Of a DNA stretch of 64,000 nt, positions 50,865 through 58,243 are shown in pieces. The notes beneath the pieces were generated by a model. The model saw only the letters and a program-made list of their open reading frames with translations. It had not been told where the DNA came from and did not search any database. Positions within the stretch are counted from its first letter, which is position 1. Each line of letters starts with the position of its first letter. The position numbers and the translations under genes are program-made. This stretch comes from Spirochaetia bacterium (GTDB lineage Bacteria > Spirochaetota > Spirochaetia > DSM-27196 > Salinispiraceae). The stretch is taken from positions 64,001-128,000 of the forward strand of contig JBBRCZ010000002.1 of NCBI GenBank assembly GCA_038204425.1. Reading direction: 5' to 3'.

Positions 50865-51784
50865 TGAGCCAAGCAAGTGAGCAAGAACTACGATCCCTTG
50901 AAGCCGTTATAAAAAACATCCAAGACTATCCGTATCGCATCAAAACCAAAGATGGCAAGCCTGGCGGTCTAATTGAGCTGCCAGAAACGATAGTTCCGAT
51001 TGTAGTCGGTGACTTACATACCGCTCTGGACAATTTAAAAGCCATTTTGAAGCACGATGACAATCATGCCAAGGTTCGCTCTGGAGAACGTACGCTTGTT
51101 TTTATTGGTGACATTATCCACAGTGACCAAACCGGCTTTATGAAAGACATGACAAGTTCGGTAGAGATTTTTACCTATATAATTGAAATCATGGCCGAAC
51201 GCCCCAAGGGGTTTATCTATTTAAAAGGTAACCATGACACCTTTGACGATCGACTAGTCAAAAGCGGCATTCTGCAAGGCAAAGAGTTTCGCAAAACACT
51301 AATTGAACAAAAAGGTCAAGCTTACACCGAAGCCGTAGAACAGCTATTTGATACCTTGCCACTTTTTATCAAAGGCAACGGCTTCATAATTACGCACGCT
51401 GGCCCGATTCGTGGTGGCAGTACGCGCGACGAGTTGATCAATATAAGAGACTATCCCGACAAACTGCATCAGTTGCTTTGGAATCGCGCTCATGAATTTC
51501 GCGGAACGCCTAGTCCAAAAGAATATGATGGAAAGGATATTGACGCAACTCTTGCAAAGCTGGGCATGAAGGACGATACTTTGTTTATTGTTGGGCATAA
51601 TCCTTTGTGGGGCACCGGAGAAAAGACGGGCATTTGGATGAATGTGACTGATATTCTCAATCACCACATTATTGTATCTAGTCCGGGCACACTCGCACCG
51701 TATTTCCTAATCCAGGATCAAAAACTGGAAGCCCGTTTTGCTAATGGCATTCAGAAAGAGGAACGGTACCACTATGGTGAATGA
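50861..51784 (+). CDS. Calcineurin-like metallophosphoesterase (PPP Ser/Thr phosphatase-like)
   Basis: VGDLH, IGDIIH, KGNHD, THAG, LLWNR, VGH; start overlaps the upstream stop. Confidence 0.9.
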   Translation: MMSQASEQELRSLEAVIKNIQDYPYRIKTKDGKPGGLIELPETIVPIVVGDLHTALDNLKAILKHDDNHAKVRSGERTLVFIGDIIHSDQTGFMKDMTSSVEIFTYIIEIMAERPKGFIYLKGNHDTFDDRLVKSGILQGKEFRKTLIEQKGQAYTEAVEQLFDTLPLFIKGNGFIITHAGPIRGGSTRDELINIRDYPDKLHQLLWNRAHEFRGTPSPKEYDGKDIDATLAKLGMKDDTLFIVGHNPLWGTGEKTGIWMNVTDILNHHIIVSSPGTLAPYFLIQDQKLEARFANGIQKEERYHYGE

Positions 51785-52697
51785 ACAGAGCAGCCTGATA
51801 TCGATTGTACATGACCAAGATCTGATAGACTATTTTTACTTACAAAAGCCACTCGATGAACTAGTCGACATAATTGAGGGTCTGACCTTTAGCAAGTGTG
51901 GCAACTGTCACGACATTCCTTTTAATGCCTCAGTCAAAGGCTACCTCGGTGCAGTGGACAATAATGACCAAGCCTGGATTGTTAAACCAATCATTGGCGA
52001 AAAAGACACACTTTATCATCGCATAACTCAATTGGTGTACCTGTTGGATTTTCAGATGGCCACCCTTTCAACCCCTACCATGGTGTTAACCATCGATGGA
52101 AAAAAATATCGCGGTGCCAAAGTAGTGCCTAACTGCATCCAAATTTCCAGCTATGATTATTTAAAACAACCTTTTCTAAACATACTTACCAAGGATCTGA
52201 TAAATCGATGGCTTCAGTTTGATGAAGACCGCAATCCCAACAACTACATGGTGCTCAGAAACTCCAAAGACTATCCTTTGGTGGTGGCAATCGATTTTGA
52301 CAAGTCCGACTTAGAAAGTGAAGAAAATAAAATCGTAGGCACCGATGACAAGTTTGGCTGGATTCGGCACGAAAAGAACCGCTATCTTACCATGCTTAAG
52401 ACAGAAAACTTTGATAGGGTACCGCTTTCCGTCTTCGAAAAAAGACTTGAGCTAATGATGGCAATCGACCTTACCAAATTTGGATCCATAGCCACACGAC
52501 TCTTAGAAGGCTATTGTCCAGACCCTAAGGCTAAGGCACAGCAGATTATGGCCAATATCAAAAAGCGTAGAGAGTACATAAATAGCTACTTCCGAAAGTG
52601 GTTTAACGACCAAGACCAAGGCGCCATAAAAAAAGAAGAAGACGCCTACTCAGAAATGGGCGCCACCTTTATGAAAATGTATCGCAACAGCAAATAA
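51774..52697 (+). CDS. Atypical kinase, HipA/PI3-4-kinase-like fold
   Basis: WIVK (beta3 Lys), DEDRNPNNYMV (DRxxxN catalytic loop), VAIDFD (Mg-binding); overlaps the phosphatase stop. Confidence 0.75.
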   Translation: MVNEQSSLISIVHDQDLIDYFYLQKPLDELVDIIEGLTFSKCGNCHDIPFNASVKGYLGAVDNNDQAWIVKPIIGEKDTLYHRITQLVYLLDFQMATLSTPTMVLTIDGKKYRGAKVVPNCIQISSYDYLKQPFLNILTKDLINRWLQFDEDRNPNNYMVLRNSKDYPLVVAIDFDKSDLESEENKIVGTDDKFGWIRHEKNRYLTMLKTENFDRVPLSVFEKRLELMMAIDLTKFGSIATRLLEGYCPDPKAKAQQIMANIKKRREYINSYFRKWFNDQDQGAIKKEEDAYSEMGATFMKMYRNSK

Positions 52698-52896
52698 ACC
52701 TTTAACTCAGTAGACATAGTTATCCTCAAAATTCTGCATAACTGTTGGTCTTTTTTGGCAGCCCGTTGTGAGACCTGGACTTTGGTTTTTTTTTCAATTT
52801 GGTCGTTAACTGATTTATAGGCAATAATTTACAAAATGATTTACTGCGCTAAATATGAGTGTTGTCGTCATGTATTATAACTTAATCAAAAAATAT

Positions 52897-52925
52897 TTGA
52901 CAAGCAGTTTTTGGAGCACTAAGCT
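52897..52925 (+). promoter_or_regulatory. Sigma70 promoter for paralogues 2-4
   Basis: TTGACA-N17-TAAGCT within an AT-rich 323-bp intergenic region. Confidence 0.65.
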
Positions 52926-53020
52926 GGAGATATGCAGTACTTAAGCGAAGATATTGTTAACTCCTAGCTTGGCTAATGGAAAAAATACTTTCGCTCAACT
53001 ATCGTCACAAGGAGGAATAG

Positions 53021-53719
53021 ATGGACAAGCAGACAGAAAAAATTATCGAACTGCAATGGTCCAAAGAGTCGATCATGGAAGTCGAAATCCAAATATTGGA
53101 AAACATGATTGGATGTCGAACGGTCGAAGCAGTTGAGGCCGCGGTTAGTTATGCGCGTTTCTTACACCTTTCCGGTTTGAACAACGACAACTATCCGTTG
53201 TTTCTTAAACTTCTAGAAGTTGAGAACCATTGGGTCATCGATGCCATGCTCGGACAAAAAGACCCATTTTTGTTATTGAGCCCTATCCAGCCCAACAACT
53301 ACCTGATTCAGCAAGACTTTAAGTTGCTGACCAAGTGGCACCCCGGTGGAATATATCCTAAGACTCTTGCTATCGTTTTGGGTATATTGCAGGCTGCATA
53401 CGCCTCGGCTAAAGACGGTAACAAGATCTATAAGGTCAGTATCAATGATGCCAACAATCTAGCCAAACATCTCAACAAGGAAACTGGCCAAGAAGATCCC
53501 AATAATCGTTGTATCCTTGACATTTTGGACCGACTTGGTTCTTTGGCCGGTGCTACTACCGACAACGAGATAGAGCAAATGGCTCGTCAAACCAACAGTA
53601 TTAGAACATTCTTTTTTGATAAGCGAAAGAAAATGGAAGATATTATTCCTCAAGTTCTCTTGGTTAAGTCGGACTACATCGCCAAAGAAACAGTTCCTGA
53701 AAAACTATTTGTGAATTAA
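53021..53719 (+). CDS. Unknown helical protein, paralogue 2 of 4
   Basis: Strong SD AAGGAGGA; shares the family motifs. Confidence 0.88.
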   Translation: MDKQTEKIIELQWSKESIMEVEIQILENMIGCRTVEAVEAAVSYARFLHLSGLNNDNYPLFLKLLEVENHWVIDAMLGQKDPFLLLSPIQPNNYLIQQDFKLLTKWHPGGIYPKTLAIVLGILQAAYASAKDGNKIYKVSINDANNLAKHLNKETGQEDPNNRCILDILDRLGSLAGATTDNEIEQMARQTNSIRTFFFDKRKKMEDIIPQVLLVKSDYIAKETVPEKLFVN

Positions 53720-53734
53720 GAAAGGAGGTACAAA

Positions 53735-54451
53735 ATGGTTGAGCTTTACGAAAAAAAAGAATCGTGGAATAACGAACAGATCTTTCAGATTGAATACAGC
53801 CTGTTAAAAGGCATAATGGGTTGCCGAACTACCGAAGCGGTAGAGGCATCAATGACCTACTCCAGCTTTCTCAACAGTGTAGGTATCACCAATGCCAACT
53901 ACCCTATATTTCTGAAGGTACTCACAACTAGGAACCATCACGTCATAGATTCCCTGCTCGGAACCCGTGACCCGTTCTTGTTTATGAGCTCCATTCAGCC
54001 AAACTACTTTATTGTAGCCACCTGTTTTAGCATACTTGCCAAGTATCTTAAGGGCGAAATATACCCAAAAACGCTTGGAATCATCCTTGGCGTGTTTCAG
54101 GCAACTTTTAATACGCCCCTTGACGGCTACAAAATTTACCCGCCTACTATAGCTGATATTAATAGTCTGGGTAAACACTTGGTAGAAGAAAAGGGTCAAG
54201 ACGACCTACTCAATCGCAGTATTCTGGACATTCTCGACAAAATGAGTGCACTTGAAGGACTTAATGTTGACGAAGATATGGAAGATCTTGCGGTGCATAG
54301 CCACAACATCCGAAACAACTTTTTCGATTCGGCTAAGAGGCTAGTAGAGGTGATACCGGAAGTATTGTTGCGCACCGAGCCCAACATGGAAAAAGATGTT
54401 GAGCCACGACGACAGGTTCCGACAGCTGAAGCTGATAAAGTTGCTGAATAG
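53735..54451 (+). CDS. Unknown helical protein, paralogue 3 of 4
   Basis: Strong SD AAGGAGGT; shares the family motifs. Confidence 0.88.
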   Translation: MVELYEKKESWNNEQIFQIEYSLLKGIMGCRTTEAVEASMTYSSFLNSVGITNANYPIFLKVLTTRNHHVIDSLLGTRDPFLFMSSIQPNYFIVATCFSILAKYLKGEIYPKTLGIILGVFQATFNTPLDGYKIYPPTIADINSLGKHLVEEKGQDDLLNRSILDILDKMSALEGLNVDEDMEDLAVHSHNIRNNFFDSAKRLVEVIPEVLLRTEPNMEKDVEPRRQVPTAEADKVAE

Positions 54452-54472
54452 GCAGTTTTGAGAGCACAGTGA

Positions 54473-54494
54473 CCTGGCGGTCAAAACCGCCAGG
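54473..54494. other. GC-rich intergenic stem-loop without a U-tract
   Basis: CCTGGCGGT-CAAA-ACCGCCAGG, a perfect 9-bp stem. Confidence 0.75.
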
Positions 54495-54518
54495 CGGTAT
54501 CCCTTTCAGGAGATAGAT

Positions 54519-55223
54519 ATGGCTGTACCAAACAAAGAGTTAGACAGAAATGAGCACGGCTGGCCCAAGGAAGAGATTGATGCTCTCGAGCTGACTGTCT
54601 TGAAAGAGATAATTGCTTGCAAAGAAGGTTGGGGCGTTAGTGCTGCTATGCGCTTTGCTTCATATATGAGCAAAAAAGTTGGCTTAAACTCCGACAACTA
54701 CCCAATTTTCTTTGACCTCATTGAGACAGGAAACAAATTTGTAATTGATACGCTCACCAAAGATGCCGCCCCCGAAACCTATTTTAAGGCAATTCAACCA
54801 AACGGCTTTATGATAGGAGAGTGTCTGCGAATGCTAACGTATTGGCAGTCTGGGGCGGTCTATGCCAAGAGCCTTCAGATCATATTTGGAATCCTAAAGC
54901 AGACCTATGAGAGTGCCACTGACGGCTATCGCTTGTACAAAATCGATATTCCTGAGGTCAATAACCTTGGTAAGCATCTGGACAAAGAAAAAGATCAGCG
55001 TGATCCGGTAAACCGCATCATCTTGTATATTTTAGACAAGATTGCTGGTCTTGTTGAGCCAGGTCAAGAAATTAGTGATCAAGCCTTGCTGGATGTTGCT
55101 ACCCAAGCAAATCACATTCGGGGTAAGTTCTTGGATCTTGACAAGACTCTCAACGAAGCTATTCCAGACTTGCTCTTGATTAAGGGTGACCTTACTCGAG
55201 TAGATATTGCTCCCTTAGAATAA
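54519..55223 (+). CDS. Unknown helical protein, paralogue 4 of 4
   Basis: SD CAGGAG; shares the family motifs. Confidence 0.88.
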   Translation: MAVPNKELDRNEHGWPKEEIDALELTVLKEIIACKEGWGVSAAMRFASYMSKKVGLNSDNYPIFFDLIETGNKFVIDTLTKDAAPETYFKAIQPNGFMIGECLRMLTYWQSGAVYAKSLQIIFGILKQTYESATDGYRLYKIDIPEVNNLGKHLDKEKDQRDPVNRIILYILDKIAGLVEPGQEISDQALLDVATQANHIRGKFLDLDKTLNEAIPDLLLIKGDLTRVDIAPLE

Positions 55224-55255
55224 ACATTGCTACGATGGAACTACGCTCATTTATG

Positions 55256-55287
55256 AAAGCTGCTTACCAAGGTAGGCAGCTTTTTTT
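55256..55287 (+). terminator. Rho-independent terminator
   Basis: AAAGCTGCTTACC-AA-GGTAGGCAGC-TTTTTTT. Confidence 0.88.
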
Positions 55288-55320
55288 GTCTGTAGTACTG
55301 GAGGTCTTTTAAAAACAGTT

Positions 55321-56994
55321 TTAGCGACTTATGAAAATATCGCGGCTTGGTTGAATAATATCTGGGCTGCTAAGTACTGGATTGAGAACAATAAGTTTTT
55401 TAATAAATGCCTGCCAGCCATCCGCAACAAGTTCTTGAGAACCGCTAAATTTTAGCTCACCTTTTTTAATTGCTTCAAAAAGCACCCACAGACTCTGGCC
55501 ACTTGCCGCCTGCCAAACTTGCCTGCCTTCTATGGTGGCTATCTTTGCTTGCGTGTCATTATCTGGTGGTACATTTTCTATAGTATCAACTTGGTAGTGT
55601 TGGCTAGTTGCCTTCTCCTGAGTGTGATTGTTAAATATAAGCAGTAAAATGAGCACTACAATTGCTGCGCCGACTATCCCCGTGACTAACCAATGCTTGC
55701 GAGAAAAGCGCTGCAAACCAAGGCTATGCGGCACATTGTTCTCAATTTGCTTGCTGCTCGCTATATTTTGCGGTGATTGTGAACGTGTATGTTCTAGAAC
55801 TTCCAAGAGATGGCTGAGTTCTTTGCTCTTGCGATTAAAACTGATCTGATAGCGCTGACGTGTTTTGTTGTCGCCTGGCACAAGTTCGCTTGCGGACAAA
55901 ATATTTGGCTCATTCGCTTGGCCTGGCTGGGCAGGTTCTACTTTCTCAAGTGATTTGTTCTCGGAATCAGTCGAGTCAGCTAGGGCAGAAGCACTGGCAC
56001 TGTCCTCTGACGTTTTGGGCACGTGCATTGATGGGGGCTCAACTTGCTTATCTGAGTTTACTGATAGCGCTGATTTCTTAGCAAGTGGCTCTTGTTGCTT
56101 AAAAGGGTCGAGCTCTGGTGGCAAAGTTTCTTTGATCTGCCCAAGCGCGGCGATGGCCTTATTGGGCGGGACGTGTTTCTTGTTTGATAAAGCACTCACG
56201 GCTCGCAGCAGAGCTTGTTGGGCCCAAAAGTCCTCTTGAGACTGAGCCTCAGCCTGTGGCAGCATGTTCTTCTCGGGGATTAAAGCTTTTTTTGTGCTCA
56301 CATCTTGGTTCCAATCAAAAGCATCTTTGTCTACTTCTTCGTCAACATGGCTGTCCGCCAAAACAGAGGCTTGACGCTTTTCTACGTCCTTAATAACATC
56401 GCTTAGCTCAAGCATTGCTTCCAAGGCAATTTTTTCTATAATCGGAGGTAGCGGTGCATCAATCCGGCTCAAAAGTAAGTAGATAATTGCTCGATTTTGA
56501 TCGTAGAGATTATTACGGCAAAGTAGCTGGATAAGAAACAAGACAACGTTTTCTTTGTCAAAATTTGACTCAAAGAGATTAATTTGCAAGGCCTGATAAA
56601 TTGCTCGGTGGTAAGTCAAAAAAACTCGATCGGTGATCTCTTGGCTGATTTCATAGGGTATAGGCAATTCACCAGAAAAGAAGTGTTTATCAATAAATGC
56701 TCTGTCCCGTTTGGTTAGTTTGCCCGCCAGATGGCTATAGAATAGTTCGGAAATTTCTAGGGCAGGCAGATTGAGGTTGCGAAGACAGACTAAGGAAATT
56801 AGCTTTTCTTCAAGCGTGTCCACTTTGCCAAGGTGCTCAAGTATAATAGTCCTTAGCTGGGCATTGTCTTCAGGGTGCAGTTTAATTTCCAATAAAATAC
56901 GCGACAGTTCGGCTTCGGTTTGGTCACACCACGAATGCAAGCGAGCAAAACGCAGGCATTGCTCGAGTTTGGTGACAAAGGAAGCTTGTTCCAT
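55321..56994 (-). CDS. Single-pass membrane protein: helical N-domain, low-complexity linker, TM, degenerate LysM-like C-terminus
   Basis: TM WLVTGIVGAAIVVLILLLIF; GQSLW...LNPVLSSPDIIQP. Confidence 0.75.
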   Translation of the reverse strand: MEQASFVTKLEQCLRFARLHSWCDQTEAELSRILLEIKLHPEDNAQLRTIILEHLGKVDTLEEKLISLVCLRNLNLPALEISELFYSHLAGKLTKRDRAFIDKHFFSGELPIPYEISQEITDRVFLTYHRAIYQALQINLFESNFDKENVVLFLIQLLCRNNLYDQNRAIIYLLLSRIDAPLPPIIEKIALEAMLELSDVIKDVEKRQASVLADSHVDEEVDKDAFDWNQDVSTKKALIPEKNMLPQAEAQSQEDFWAQQALLRAVSALSNKKHVPPNKAIAALGQIKETLPPELDPFKQQEPLAKKSALSVNSDKQVEPPSMHVPKTSEDSASASALADSTDSENKSLEKVEPAQPGQANEPNILSASELVPGDNKTRQRYQISFNRKSKELSHLLEVLEHTRSQSPQNIASSKQIENNVPHSLGLQRFSRKHWLVTGIVGAAIVVLILLLIFNNHTQEKATSQHYQVDTIENVPPDNDTQAKIATIEGRQVWQAASGQSLWVLFEAIKKGELKFSGSQELVADGWQAFIKKLIVLNPVLSSPDIIQPSRDIFISR

Positions 56995-57232
56995 CTAGAT
57001 GATTCCCCTTAGTCTATAATCGGCATAACAATCGCCAAAGTAAGCTAAGTCACCTACAATTGCTTATAATTATGGAGCAAGTTAGGACAACGTTGGCGGC
57101 CATAGGCTAGTCAAAATGCGAGAATTGCGACCAAAACCAATTTGTTAAAGAAGACAACCTTGAATTCGCTCGTGGCAAAGGTTTTGATCACGACCAAGAA
57201 CCGAGCATCCAACCTTTAAAACTGCTTGAGGC

Positions 57233-58243
57233 TCAATAAAAACGGGCAAGGTCCCATGTCTTGGTGAGTGCATTTCCTTGCAGCATGTGGTTTGCCAATT
57301 CAAGAGCGCACGCTGGTGCATACATAAATCCACGCGCGCCGAGGCCATTTAAAACATACAAGCCACCGTGCTCCGGCACCTTGCCTATAATTGGATTTCT
57401 ATCATCACAAATGGGTCTAACAGCCGAAATGCTGCCTTGCGTTTGCCACGTGCTCTGGTGCTCGTTACCCAAAAGTTCGTCAAGCAATTGCTCTAGCGCA
57501 AGAGCCAAATCTGCGGTTACCTTGGCATCGTCTTGCAGCGACTGTGGCAGTGCCCACTGGTAGTTGGCCCCAAAGCGCCAATGTATGCCTTGTTCATCTT
57601 CAGGAAGCAAGAAATGCTGCAAAAAGACTCCGCCTGGCAAAGCAGCTAATGGTAAATTTGCATTAGTTATCGCAGGCTTGTGACTCGTAAAACCCTCGGG
57701 TCTGGGCTTGCCTGTTTTAATGAGCAGGTATGTGCCGCTGGCCGCCTTCCAGCGAATACGTGACAACAGTGGATCAAACTTGGCTGAGTAACCAGTACAG
57801 AGCACCAGCAAGGGTGCGCTCAGTCCTGCACATTGCCAGCTGCTGCTGTCGCTCACATAAGTGGCCTGCGCGGCCGTGTGCCAGTAACACAAGCGCTTCA
57901 GCTGAGAACGCAGCACGCGCATATTAACCCTTAGGCCCTCAGATTTGACTGACCAAGACTTGTCTTGTTTTGTAAGAAACTCCTGCGTCCTTATACACTC
58001 AGGACTGTGATGGAGATACCATTCACGCGCTTGCAAAAACAAACGTTGCACGAGGCTTTGGTCGCGAGCTTTGCCAAGCAAATAAGGGTGCATCATGGCC
58101 GATGCCACGTCGCTTGCTCCGAGATCTGGGGCACTATCGATAATTGCCACCCGTAGTCCGCGGGTGTTTAATTCCAATGCCAAGCTGCATGATGCAATGC
58201 CGGCGCCAAGAATTAGACAGTCAAACTGGGTTTCATGATTCAT
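57233..58243 (-). CDS. FAD-dependent oxidoreductase (DAO/MnmC C-terminal-like)
   Basis: ILGAGIAS, GAS, VRP..DRNPIIG, NGLGARG; start overlaps the stop of the HEAT-repeat gene. Confidence 0.85.
   Translation of the reverse strand: MNHETQFDCLILGAGIASCSLALELNTRGLRVAIIDSAPDLGASDVASAMMHPYLLGKARDQSLVQRLFLQAREWYLHHSPECIRTQEFLTKQDKSWSVKSEGLRVNMRVLRSQLKRLCYWHTAAQATYVSDSSSWQCAGLSAPLLVLCTGYSAKFDPLLSRIRWKAASGTYLLIKTGKPRPEGFTSHKPAITNANLPLAALPGGVFLQHFLLPEDEQGIHWRFGANYQWALPQSLQDDAKVTADLALALEQLLDELLGNEHQSTWQTQGSISAVRPICDDRNPIIGKVPEHGGLYVLNGLGARGFMYAPACALELANHMLQGNALTKTWDLARFY

Noticed and set aside
51893..51910. CxxCH as evidence that the kinase-like ORF is a c-type cytochrome
   Set aside because: No signal peptide or TM, and kinase motifs dominate; kept only as a possible metal/redox site
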